A DNA stretch of 64,000 bases from Dehalococcoidia bacterium (GTDB taxonomy: Bacteria > Chloroflexota > Dehalococcoidia > Plut-88900), in the NCBI GenBank assembly GCA_965197585.1, contig OZ240215.1:1-64000 (forward strand). Reading direction: 5' to 3'. Position numbers and translations under genes: made by a program. Of the stretch, positions 33,099 through 42,357 are shown one piece after another. The first letter of the stretch is position 1; the number at the start of each line of letters is the position of its first letter. Below the pieces are notes generated by a model. It was not told where the DNA came from. It saw nothing but the letters and a program-made list of their open reading frames with translations, and ran no database searches.

Positions 33099-34163
33099 AT
33101 GCAACTTCCATTCGGGGTGATAGACGCGGACGGACACATCATTGAAGACCAGGCCCGGATCAGGGAGTACATGACTCCCCCGTACAACGAGTTCCTGATG
33201 GACAACCTCCCCGACGCCCAGGGCAGGGTCGGGCACGGGAGTGCGATCACCAACCGGGCATTTGCGGACTCGACCCTTGGGGGGAGGATGGGGGGTCTCG
33301 GGCCTGCGGGCTATCCGTTTCCCAAGGACTGGCTCGACGCCCTTGAATGGGGCGGCATGGAGATGACCTTCCTCTTCCCGACGACGCTGCTGACCTACGG
33401 GACCATCTGGGACCCGGACTATCTGAAGGCCGTTACCAGCGCCTACAACCGTTGGATGGCCGACGAGTGGATGAGCGTTAGCCCTAAACTGAAGGCCGTG
33501 TCCCTGGTCCCGCTAACCGACGTGGACGCCGGAACGAAGGAGATGCGCAGGACGGTGACGGAGGCGGGCTTCTCGGGGGTGATGCTGCCGGCGGTTGGGT
33601 TTGGCGGTTTCGGGGAGCGGAAATTCGACCCGTTCTTCGAAGAAGCGCAGTCCCTCGGATGCCTGGTGGCGGTACACGGCGGCACCTCCGAATACATGAA
33701 GTACACCAAGTTCATCCAGCGCCACACGACCGCATTTCCGATATCCAACATGCTGCAGTCGGTGCACATGGTTTACGGCGGTGTCTTCGAAAGGTTCCCG
33801 GACTTGAAAGTCGGATACCTGGAGACGGGGTGCACGTGGGTGCCCTTCTTCCTGGATAGGATGGACGAGGAATGGGAGAAGCGGGGCTGGCTCGAAACAC
33901 CGGACTGCACTCGCAAGCCCAGCGAGTACCTGAAGGGCGACAAGGTATGGTTCCACGCCGAGCCAAGCGAGACCCTGGTTCCCCAGGTGATCGACATCCT
34001 TGGCGAGGATTCCCTGTTCTACGCCTCGGACTGGCCGCACTGGGACAACGAATACCCGGAGAGCGTCGGGAACTTTTGGAATCGGGAGGATCTCTCGGAA
34101 GACGTGAAGAAGAAGATCCTGCGCGACAACTGCCTGGCTATGTACGGGGTAAACGGGGCATAG
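33099..34163 (+). CDS. Amidohydrolase_2 family metal-dependent hydrolase/decarboxylase
   Basis: IDADGHI, LFPT, AYNRW, GVFERFPDLKVGYLETG..WVP, YASDWPHWD. Confidence 0.88.
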   Translation: MQLPFGVIDADGHIIEDQARIREYMTPPYNEFLMDNLPDAQGRVGHGSAITNRAFADSTLGGRMGGLGPAGYPFPKDWLDALEWGGMEMTFLFPTTLLTYGTIWDPDYLKAVTSAYNRWMADEWMSVSPKLKAVSLVPLTDVDAGTKEMRRTVTEAGFSGVMLPAVGFGGFGERKFDPFFEEAQSLGCLVAVHGGTSEYMKYTKFIQRHTTAFPISNMLQSVHMVYGGVFERFPDLKVGYLETGCTWVPFFLDRMDEEWEKRGWLETPDCTRKPSEYLKGDKVWFHAEPSETLVPQVIDILGEDSLFYASDWPHWDNEYPESVGNFWNREDLSEDVKKKILRDNCLAMYGVNGA

Positions 34164-34172
34164 CCCGCCCAG

Positions 34173-35282
34173 TTATTCGTCCGACCCCAGCCTCTCCAGT
34201 ATCCACTGGTTGAACTTGTGTGGCAGGTGTTCCTGGGCGGAGTAGACCCCCTGCCGGTGCGCCCGAGACCTGAGCGCCTTCTGCACTTCTTCGCAGATGT
34301 CATAGTCCTGCTTTAAGACCCGGTCTAGGAAACCGACAGTGTCTGATGGGTCGAAGTCCGGGGACTCGATCACCGATTTCTCGAAAAGCCAGTCGACTGT
34401 GAGGCGGCAAGTGGTTGAAGAGACGGGCCACTTGTAGAAGACGAAGACTTGGTCCGGGAGCAGGCCGAAGAAAAGGTTGGGGTAGATGGTGACACTGCGG
34501 AACTTGGCTACGTCTTCCTGTGAGAGGGTGCTGATGATGGGCCGGGGCCCGAAACCCGTTTCCGAATAGGTCGTCGCTCCGTTGATAAGAGGTGCACCGT
34601 CCAGGGCCTCCTGGCCTATTGCGCCGTCCCTGAATGTAGGGTGGATTTCACAGAGCTCGGGGTGGACGCCGGGGCAATGATAGCACTCGACGTTGTTTTC
34701 CAGTACCAGCTTCCAGTTGGCTTTAATGTCGTAGACGTTCCGATGGCCGATTCGGAGATTGGCCAGGTTGTACTTGGGAAGCTTATCCGCAAGGACGCCG
34801 AGCTCCGGGACGAATGTTTCAGGATCACGAGACAAGTTCAAGAATATAAAACCTTCCCACAGTTGCACGACGACGGGATACAGGGAGAGTGGATCGCCAT
34901 TCAGGGAGGGCCGTGCGGTCATGTTGGGCGTGGCGACGAGGTCGCCGTCCAGGTTGTAGGTCCAGCCGTGGTAGCCGCAAACGAAGGCCTTGCCCCTGGC
35001 CTTCCCCGACTCGGTGGAGCAGAGACGGTTGCCGCGGTGTCGGCAGACGTTGTAGAAGGCCTTGATCTCACCGCTCTTAGACCTGACGACGATAATGCTT
35101 TCGTCGGCAATCTCACGGCGTAGGTAGTCACCCTCGCTGGGGAGTTCCTCGACTCGCGCGGCGCAGATCCAGGAGCGGTAAAAGATGCGCTCTTTCTCCT
35201 GCTCGTAGATGCCGGGATCGTAGTAGTAGGGGCTCGGGAGGGTGCGATTGAGGGCCGAGACCGCGGTGAGCTCTGCAACCAT
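34173..35282 (-). CDS. Rieske non-heme iron oxygenase alpha subunit (GbcA/choline monooxygenase/Stc2-like)
   Basis: Rieske CRHRG...CGYHGW, mononuclear Fe site NWKLVLENNVECYHCPGVH, C-terminal QD..ICE.VQ; start moved to MVAEL behind AGGAG. Confidence 0.9.
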   Translation of the reverse strand: MVAELTAVSALNRTLPSPYYYDPGIYEQEKERIFYRSWICAARVEELPSEGDYLRREIADESIIVVRSKSGEIKAFYNVCRHRGNRLCSTESGKARGKAFVCGYHGWTYNLDGDLVATPNMTARPSLNGDPLSLYPVVVQLWEGFIFLNLSRDPETFVPELGVLADKLPKYNLANLRIGHRNVYDIKANWKLVLENNVECYHCPGVHPELCEIHPTFRDGAIGQEALDGAPLINGATTYSETGFGPRPIISTLSQEDVAKFRSVTIYPNLFFGLLPDQVFVFYKWPVSSTTCRLTVDWLFEKSVIESPDFDPSDTVGFLDRVLKQDYDICEEVQKALRSRAHRQGVYSAQEHLPHKFNQWILERLGSDE

Positions 35283-35651
35283 GGCGACGCTCCTATCTCC
35301 AATGGGACCTGTGCTGTTCAGGAACCCCCGAATTTCTCCCCTTATGGCATGCACCCAAGCCATTCAGTTTGAGCCAATTCAAGGCCCTGGAAACGGCTTG
35401 GGTGCTTCAATGCGCCCAACTGAGCGTACCTCGTATTTGCCTACGTTACGGTCACTGTGTTCCGATGTGTTTGATTCGTGCGTCTGGTATGCGGGAGTCC
35501 ACGCTTGGCTGTCTTTGCGGGTGGGATTCGGGGTGCAGTAGTTCTCGATCGGTTCCCTTGGCGAACCGGCACGGATGCTTGCTGCAATTTCGCACTTTAT
35601 CAACCGAGCGGGACCGGGACCCTCGTCGCGCGTATGCCTCGGGAGCTAGCC

Positions 35652-35882
35652 CTACTTCTCCCAGGGAAAGGGCAAGTTGCGAAGGGTTAAGGTTCCGAAG
35701 AGTCCAATGGCTCCGAAGAGGACGAGCAGGAAGCTCAACTCGTTACCGAAGCCGGGTTCGCCGGCCAGTAGAGATCCGCGATCCGGATCGGAGTCTACCA
35801 TCCATCCACTGAATGATATGACGGCCCCGGCGATTATCATGCCGACGAACAAGACTTTAAGCGCCTGTCCAAGCACATTCAT
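35652..35882 (-). CDS. Small two-TM hypothetical membrane protein
   Basis: 76 aa, two hydrophobic helices, AAGGAGAGG RBS. Confidence 0.65.
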   Translation of the reverse strand: MNVLGQALKVLFVGMIIAGAVISFSGWMVDSDPDRGSLLAGEPGFGNELSFLLVLFGAIGLFGTLTLRNLPFPWEK

Positions 35883-35982
35883 GGTTACCTCTCCTTGTCT
35901 ATGCTGTAGTCACATTTGTAGAGGATGGTAAGGCTACCGGTAACCAGTGTCAAATCCTCTCGGTGAATGATGGAGGGTTATG

Positions 35983-37398
35983 CTATTGCGGGTTGGCGAT
36001 GGCGGGACGACGCCGGTCCGTCTGGCAACCTTCCAGGGCCTTTGCGGCCCTGAGCAGGGTGTGCTCGTCGAAGTGCCGGGCCACGAGCTGCACGCCAATG
36101 GGCAGGCCCTCTTCGCTCCAGCCGAAGGGAACGTTCATGGCGGGGGAGCCAGTAAGGTCCCAGGGGACGGTGGCCCGGAGGCTGTGCCTTGCGCCCATGG
36201 TCTTGCCGTCAATAACGAACTCTTCCCGACCTGCCTCGTAGGCGGGCATGGGTACTGTGGGGCAGAGGAAGATGTCGTAGCGGGTGAAGTACTCGCCGAC
36301 CTCCCACTTCAGCGACTCCCAGTTGAAGCTCGCCTCTAAGTACTCGTCGAACGTCTTGGCCGGGGCGTCGATGTAGCGCTTACGCAGCAACGGTGTCAGC
36401 TCCGACTCCCGTCCCCTGATTACGTCCATTAGAAACGCTTTTCCTTCCACCGTGTAAACCGCTGATGAGATCACTTGCGCATCATTTGTCCCCAGCCCTG
36501 GTATTTCCACCGGATCCACCTCCATCCCCAGCCCCGAGAGCGCGTCTGCCGCCTTTGCCACCACCTTCTGCACTTCCTCTTCTACCGGCGTCCCGCCCGT
36601 CGGGCTCCACCCGATCCGTAGCTTGGGCAAAGGACCATCCAGGTCGGTGTAATCGGGGACGGGGACGGGTGGGGCGTAGATGTCCTCGCCGTCGGCGCCG
36701 GCCATTATGGACAGGGCCAGGGCCACGTCCTGGACGTTTCGAGCCATGGGCCCGACGTGAATGGCCCGAAATAGTGTCTGTGGCACGACCCGCGTGTAGG
36801 GAACCCGGCCCAGAGTGGGCTTGAGGCCCGCCAAACCGCAGAAGCTGGACGGCTGCCGTATGGACCCCCCGAGGTCGGTCCCAACTCCCAGGGGTGACAT
36901 TCCGGTCGCCAGGGACGCACCCTCCCCACCGCTGGAACCACCGGGGGTGTAGCCGAGTTTCCAAGGGTTTTGGGTCGCCCCGAAGAGGAGGTTGTTGGTC
37001 TCCCACCAGAGGGCAAACTCGGGAAGATTGGTCTTGCCGAGGAGGATTCCACCCGCGCCCTTCAGCCGACTGTAAACGGTGGAATCGCCAGTGGAGATGT
37101 TGTCCGCAAGAATCTTGGAGCCCTGCGTGGCCAGCAGTCCAGCTACTTCAACGCAGTCCTTTAGGGTGAACGGCACTCCGTGCAAGGGCCCGAGCTCATC
37201 GCCGCGGGCGATTGCGGCGTCGGCTTCCTTGGCTAAGGTCAGGGGGTCTGGCGCGAACGTGACGATGGCGTTGAGAGTCGGGTTGAGGGCCGCAATGCGG
37301 TCCAGGTGCGCCTGCACGACCTCCTGCGAAGAGAACTTCTTGCCTCGAATGCCTTCAGCCAACTCCGTCGCCGAGAGCCAGCAGATGTCTTGGGTCAT
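35983..37398 (-). CDS. Amidase signature family protein
   Basis: GPLHGVPFTLKD, GKTNLPEF, PGGSSGG, GTDLGGSIRQP, GLPIGVQL. Confidence 0.95.
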   Translation of the reverse strand: MTQDICWLSATELAEGIRGKKFSSQEVVQAHLDRIAALNPTLNAIVTFAPDPLTLAKEADAAIARGDELGPLHGVPFTLKDCVEVAGLLATQGSKILADNISTGDSTVYSRLKGAGGILLGKTNLPEFALWWETNNLLFGATQNPWKLGYTPGGSSGGEGASLATGMSPLGVGTDLGGSIRQPSSFCGLAGLKPTLGRVPYTRVVPQTLFRAIHVGPMARNVQDVALALSIMAGADGEDIYAPPVPVPDYTDLDGPLPKLRIGWSPTGGTPVEEEVQKVVAKAADALSGLGMEVDPVEIPGLGTNDAQVISSAVYTVEGKAFLMDVIRGRESELTPLLRKRYIDAPAKTFDEYLEASFNWESLKWEVGEYFTRYDIFLCPTVPMPAYEAGREEFVIDGKTMGARHSLRATVPWDLTGSPAMNVPFGWSEEGLPIGVQLVARHFDEHTLLRAAKALEGCQTDRRRPAIANPQ

Positions 37399-37552
37399 GG
37401 TCGGGCCTCCTGGGTAAGTCTTGTTGTTATACTCTGCACAGAATATGTTACCAATGGCAATCCGGCAATCCGGCGGGCCTTAGGCGGCACACTGAATTCC
37501 CGGGGCAAGCTCTTTTGCTGGCATTGGTAGTTCCGCGTCGTGGGGAGGCACC

Positions 37553-39091
37553 GTGTTATCGAAGAAAGCTTGGTTGGTATTAGGGCTCTTGGCTTTAGGC
37601 ATCGTACTAGCTGCATGTGCCTCTGACCTGGAAGCCCCTCCCCCCACCCAGGACGTTGATGCTGCGGTGCGTACCGCCATAGCGGAAGCGCTTCCGACCC
37701 CCACCCCAACTCCAGTCCCAGATATCAGCGCCACCGTACAGGCGGAAGGTGAGGCGACTATAGCCGCCCAACCCACCCCGACTCCCATACCCGCGCCAAC
37801 TCCCATACCCGCGCCAACTCCCGCTCCCACTCCTACACCACTCCCCACTCCAACACCTACCCCCACTCCCACCCCACTGGCCACTCCAACACCTGCTCCC
37901 ACCCCTACTCCCACCGCGACACCCACTCCAACCCCGACTCCGTTTCCCACTCCGACTCCCATCCCCACCCCTGAACCCTCCACACCGCGCCCCCGTTCCC
38001 AGTGGACTCCCGATAACCCTGCCACCAGAGAAGAGATAGAGATCGAGCTGCAGAAATACCGGGGCGAAAGCCTTGTGTTCAGCTCCTGGGGCGGTGCATA
38101 TCAGCTAGCTCAGCGACAGGCTTACGCAATTCCATTCGAGGACCAATTTGGAATACAGATTGTCGACGTTTCTTCACCAACTCTCGGTAAGGTCAGGTCC
38201 ATACAGGAGTCCGGGAATGTCACATGGCACATTATCGATACAAGGGCTGGCTCTCTCCGCGACCTCGGCAGGAGCGGTCATCTCGAAAGCCTGAACTTCG
38301 GCATTATTGATAATCGAGACTTCCTGGACGTATTGAAGTCACCATACATAGGGGGTGGTGGGGTCACCTGGTCCGAGGTCTGGGCCTACAACACCGACCT
38401 GTTTCCAGAAGCTCGGAGACCACGCTCGATGGCCGACATATACAACACAGCTAAGTTCCCGGGAAGCCGGGGTTGGGCCCATTACCCTGATGCTGAGATG
38501 ATATTCGTACTCCTGTCGGAGAATCCCAGCCTCTTGAACACGGAGGAAGGACGGGCGAGTCTGTCTGCCTTAACTCCTGCTCAGGCGGATCGCGCATTCG
38601 AACTATTTGATGAGTATCGGGACCAGGTATCCATGATTTGGCAAAACAACACAGACTGTCCTTGGCGTCTCTCTAGGGGAGATTTGGCCTTGTGCAGTGG
38701 GTTCAATGACAGCATCTACGATGACGCCATTGAAGGGAACCCTATCCGGATTTGCTGGGAGTGTGGTCACGTCGTAAACACTGACGGTTGGAGCATCATA
38801 AGGGGTCTCAGGCGCCAGGACCCCCAAACCTTCGAGCTTGCCCAGCTCTATATGGCCTGGACAGGCCTACCCGAGAACAACGCCCGAGTGGCTCAATTCA
38901 TCGCCTACGGCCCCGTGAACCTGAGGTCACTGCCGCATCTGAATGGACCTGAATACAACGCAGTGCGCAATGACCTGCCTACCTCGCCTTCCAACCTGCC
39001 TTATGCCATCTTCAAGGATGAGGTCCACGTAGGGCGGTATACCGATACATGGCGTGAGCGCTGGATTTCATTCCAGCAGTCTATTCAGTAG
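37553..39091 (+). CDS. Lipoprotein with Pro/Thr-rich stalk and PotD/polyamine-type extracellular solute-binding domain
   Basis: Lipobox VLAAC, long (PT)n tract, then SWGGAYQ.AQRQA, V.SGNVTW.IID-like, AYNTD, KFPG.RG, IAYGPVN. Confidence 0.82.
   Translation: MLSKKAWLVLGLLALGIVLAACASDLEAPPPTQDVDAAVRTAIAEALPTPTPTPVPDISATVQAEGEATIAAQPTPTPIPAPTPIPAPTPAPTPTPLPTPTPTPTPTPLATPTPAPTPTPTATPTPTPTPFPTPTPIPTPEPSTPRPRSQWTPDNPATREEIEIELQKYRGESLVFSSWGGAYQLAQRQAYAIPFEDQFGIQIVDVSSPTLGKVRSIQESGNVTWHIIDTRAGSLRDLGRSGHLESLNFGIIDNRDFLDVLKSPYIGGGGVTWSEVWAYNTDLFPEARRPRSMADIYNTAKFPGSRGWAHYPDAEMIFVLLSENPSLLNTEEGRASLSALTPAQADRAFELFDEYRDQVSMIWQNNTDCPWRLSRGDLALCSGFNDSIYDDAIEGNPIRICWECGHVVNTDGWSIIRGLRRQDPQTFELAQLYMAWTGLPENNARVAQFIAYGPVNLRSLPHLNGPEYNAVRNDLPTSPSNLPYAIFKDEVHVGRYTDTWRERWISFQQSIQ
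37695..37975 (+). repeat. Coding low-complexity repeat encoding [11 protein letters not shown]
   Basis: Hexamer-based degenerate repeats (CCCACT/CCAACT/CCCACC); exact 18-bp duplication ACTCCCATACCCGCGCCA. Confidence 0.9.
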
Positions 39092-39179
39092 GGCCACCAG
39101 CACTTTTCGTGCCCGGTGTCAAGGAGATGGGCCTGTACAGTGCCTTCTCCCGATCTTGATAAGAAGTAGTTCCCTAGCC

Positions 39180-40397
39180 CTAATGCAGCGCCGCCGACGA
39201 AGCCGCACCCTTCTCATTTACCAGCCTGCCGTCCTTGAAGCGGTCTAACGAGAACGGCTTTATCAGGTCCGGCGTGTCCCCGGTGTCGATTAGCTCCGCC
39301 ATCATCTTCCCGGAAATGGGCGCGGCCTTGAATCCGTAGGTGCCCCAGCCGCAGTCGAGCAGGAATCCGTCCAGCCCCGAGACCGGCCCCATGATGGGCG
39401 CGTAGTCGGGGGTCATGTCACATATGCCGGTCCACTGCCGGAGGATGTTCACGTCTTTCAGGAAGGGGAACATTCTCAGCGCCCCGGCGGAAAGCTCCTC
39501 CATCATCGGGAAAGTCGACTTCTGAGAGTAGCTGGTGTAATGGTCGACGGCACCGCCCATGACGAGCTCACCGCGGTCGGTCTGGTAGACGTAGACGTGG
39601 AAATTGGTTGACGAGACACCGAGCTTTAGGATCGGTTTGAGGGGCTCGGTGACCATGGCCTGCAAGGGGTGAGTGATCATCGGAAGGTCAAGCCCGACCA
39701 TCGCGGCGATGGTCGAACTCCAAGCGGCGGTGCAGTTGATGACCAGGTCGGTCTGGATGGGGCCCCGGTTGGTCTCGACCCCCGTGACCCGGCCATTGCT
39801 CTGGTTTATGGCGGTTATCTCGGTGAAGGGGTGAATCTCTGCGCCCCGGCGGTCGGCGGCACGGGCGTAGGCCCAGATCACGGCGTCATGGCGGATGACA
39901 CCGGCGGGCGGATGGTAGAGCCCCGCCAGAACTGGGAGATCGTTACCCTCGCGCATGTCGAGAACGGGTACGAGCTCGCGGATATCGTCGGTGCCGATAA
40001 TCTTGCTGTCGACACCCAGGGCGGCGTTGGCCTCCGCGCGGAGGCGGAGGGCATAGACCGAGGACTCGGTGTGGGCAAGCTCAAGTCGGCCCGTCTGGCT
40101 GAAGAGCAGGTTGTATCCCAGGTCCTGCGAGAGGTCTTCGTAGAGCTTGACGCTTTCGTAGAAGAATGGGATGCCCTCGGGCGTCACGTAGTTGGCCCTG
40201 ATGATGGCCGTAGAGCGGGCACTGGCCCCACCCCCCAGATACCCCTTGTCCAGGACGGCGACGTTGGTAATACCCCGCTGCCCGAGGTAATAGGCGATTG
40301 CAAGGCCGTGCACCCCGGCCCCGGCTATGACAATGTCATACTGGGGCTTGAGGTGCGGGTCCCGCCACATCCGCTCCTTTTTGAATAGCTGGAACAT
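39180..40397 (-). CDS. soxB: Sarcosine oxidase beta / N-methylglutamate dehydrogenase subunit A (MgdA-like)
   Basis: YDIVIAGAGVHGLAIAYYL, RSTAIIRANY, RHDAVIWAYARAAD, HPLQAMVTEP, CDMTPD, GWGTYGFKA; start at MFQLF overlapping the upstream stop (TGATG). Confidence 0.92.
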   Translation of the reverse strand: MFQLFKKERMWRDPHLKPQYDIVIAGAGVHGLAIAYYLGQRGITNVAVLDKGYLGGGASARSTAIIRANYVTPEGIPFFYESVKLYEDLSQDLGYNLLFSQTGRLELAHTESSVYALRLRAEANAALGVDSKIIGTDDIRELVPVLDMREGNDLPVLAGLYHPPAGVIRHDAVIWAYARAADRRGAEIHPFTEITAINQSNGRVTGVETNRGPIQTDLVINCTAAWSSTIAAMVGLDLPMITHPLQAMVTEPLKPILKLGVSSTNFHVYVYQTDRGELVMGGAVDHYTSYSQKSTFPMMEELSAGALRMFPFLKDVNILRQWTGICDMTPDYAPIMGPVSGLDGFLLDCGWGTYGFKAAPISGKMMAELIDTGDTPDLIKPFSLDRFKDGRLVNEKGAASSAALH

Positions 40398-41590
40398 CAG
40401 AGGGGCACCACCCGCAGAGACCTCTCCTGGGCAGTCAGTGACTCCCAACCGGTCTCGGTGACAAGGACGGTCTCGCTGAAGCCGACACCCCGCTTCCCTG
40501 GCACATGGATTGTGAGGGGCGTGTGGAAGGTCATGCCCGGCAGTAAGGGCTCGTCCACACCCTCTGCGATGAAGATCAGGTCCTCTCCCCAGATCGAGGG
40601 CACGCCTATGCCCACGGAATAGCCGAAGTTCTCTATGAAAAACGCCTCCTCGGCGACGGACCCGACAGCCTTCTTCGCCTCCATCGCAACGTCGTGGCAT
40701 GTGCGGCCTGGCCTGATGTTGGAGGTCAGCACGTCGAATGTGCGAAGCATGGCGTCGGTCATTCTTAGGGTGAGGTCGTCTGGCGGGCCGAGCGATGCGG
40801 AGCGCATCATCAGGGCGTCGTAGCGCTTGTAGGACGCTCCGAGCTCCATGTATACCAGGTCACCGGGTGCAATGGGGAACCGTGCATGGAAGGAGTGGTG
40901 AAAGCCGGTGCGATGCCCGGTCATGATGTTCTGCCACTTGGTGAAATACTCGCTTCCGGCGCGGATCATGGCCTCGTGGCAGGCGGCAGAGAGGTCGTTG
41001 TCCGTTTTGCCGGGGGCGATCTCGGCCATCGCCGCCTCGATGCCCAGGACGGTTAGCCGCCCAGCCTCCCGCATGTACTCTATCTCCGCCGCAGACTTTG
41101 TCTTGCGGACCTGGTAGACGAGCCGGGAGGCGTCGATGAAAGAGGCGTTGGGAAGGGTCTCGGTCAGGCGTCGGTGTTGGTTGACGTGCAGCCCCGACAC
41201 CCCAGTCTCGACGCCGATGGCCTTGGAATCGAGGCCCTTCTCCTTGAGAATTCCACCAAGCAGGTCCATGGCCCATGCGGCGTCGTAATAGTGATATAGC
41301 TCGACGTCCCGGATCCAGCCGGTGGCGAACACTGCGCCAAGCTCGACGTCTGCAATGTGAATCGTCGGCGAGCCCTCGATGGGAAGGATGAGACAGGCGT
41401 AGCGGTTGGGGATGATGGTGTTATAGCCGGTGAGATAGTAGAGGTTGGGGAGATGGGTGATGAGAAGAACCTCGACGCCCGCGTCGGCCATTAGAGAACG
41501 CACCTTGGCAATGCGGCCCTGGAACTCGGCCTCGGGGAAGGGGGTCTCTGAGGGCGTCGGATTTTCCTGTAAAAATTTTAGTGGGTCCAT
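40397..41590 (-). CDS. M24-fold hydrolase, ectoine hydrolase (DoeA/EutD)/creatinase-like
   Basis: F.EAEF..RIAKVR, NLYYLTGY, KSAAEIEYMREAG, GYSVGIG.P..WGE, LLPGMTFH, SETVLVTETG; canonical Xaa-Pro peptidase metal ligands mostly substituted; start moved to MDPLK. Confidence 0.8.
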   Translation of the reverse strand: MDPLKFLQENPTPSETPFPEAEFQGRIAKVRSLMADAGVEVLLITHLPNLYYLTGYNTIIPNRYACLILPIEGSPTIHIADVELGAVFATGWIRDVELYHYYDAAWAMDLLGGILKEKGLDSKAIGVETGVSGLHVNQHRRLTETLPNASFIDASRLVYQVRKTKSAAEIEYMREAGRLTVLGIEAAMAEIAPGKTDNDLSAACHEAMIRAGSEYFTKWQNIMTGHRTGFHHSFHARFPIAPGDLVYMELGASYKRYDALMMRSASLGPPDDLTLRMTDAMLRTFDVLTSNIRPGRTCHDVAMEAKKAVGSVAEEAFFIENFGYSVGIGVPSIWGEDLIFIAEGVDEPLLPGMTFHTPLTIHVPGKRGVGFSETVLVTETGWESLTAQERSLRVVPL

Positions 41591-41603
41591 ATTCTCAATT
41601 CCG

Positions 41604-42347
41604 TTACCAGGGTATTCCTGGGTTGTCCGAGGAAATCTGTTCAAAGGCCCCGATTCCGATGGGTGACACGCCGACACCCTTACCCGCATGGACCAGGGCG
41701 TCCCACACGTATTCTCCATAGTCGCGGGTAACGTACAGTTGGCAGGCGTAGTGCCCCGAGACGTCGCCGCGAACAAGGAGAGAGTGGACCTCGGCTGTCT
41801 TGGCTTGCGCACATGCGCCATCGAGGAACCTGTCGGGGTCCAAGTCCAGCTCGACGAGCTTTGCAAGGGCTTCCCGGCTGCGAGGCCCCATGATCCCGAT
41901 ACCCGCCCACGCAGAGGTCAGGTCGATCATGTGGGCGCAGCCTGAAAGCGCCTCTTCAAGGGCCTCGGCGATGGAGTCCCGTGACCCGGGAGAAGTCAGC
42001 ACCAGCGCCTCATCATAGGTGAGAGCCGCTACCGTGACCGACTCTCGGCTGTCCTCGCTGGCCGTCGGGCTCGGGCATCTTATGGCTCTGCCAACGGTGA
42101 GGGACTCCGGGAAGGCAAGGGCGCGCGGCAGTTCAGTCAACACGTCTGCGCCCTGAAAAGATAGCTTGCCAATCGGACTGATATCGAATATCCCGCCGCC
42201 GTTGATGGCCCGGGACACCTCATCGTCGCTGGAGGAGTAGTGAGAGGGCAGCTTCCATCCGTCTCGATATAGGAACTCGGCGCCCAACACCTGGTGGGCC
42301 CCGTGCATCGCGGTGAGCTTGGCTAGCGCTGCCGTAGTTGAATCCAT
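41604..42347 (-). CDS. soxG: Sarcosine oxidase gamma-like / MgdD-like subunit (GcvT folate-binding fold)
   Basis: FDISPIGKL, DLTSAW..I.I.GPRSREALAK...LDL, RDYGEYVWDAL; position directly after soxA. Confidence 0.75.
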   Translation of the reverse strand: MDSTTAALAKLTAMHGAHQVLGAEFLYRDGWKLPSHYSSSDDEVSRAINGGGIFDISPIGKLSFQGADVLTELPRALAFPESLTVGRAIRCPSPTASEDSRESVTVAALTYDEALVLTSPGSRDSIAEALEEALSGCAHMIDLTSAWAGIGIMGPRSREALAKLVELDLDPDRFLDGACAQAKTAEVHSLLVRGDVSGHYACQLYVTRDYGEYVWDALVHAGKGVGVSPIGIGAFEQISSDNPGIPW

Positions 42348-42357
42348 AAAAGTCGCC

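Noticed and set aside
37480-38025. Gly/Val-rich 181-aa minus-strand ORF
   Set aside because: Antisense shadow of the Pro/Thr repeat in the lipoprotein
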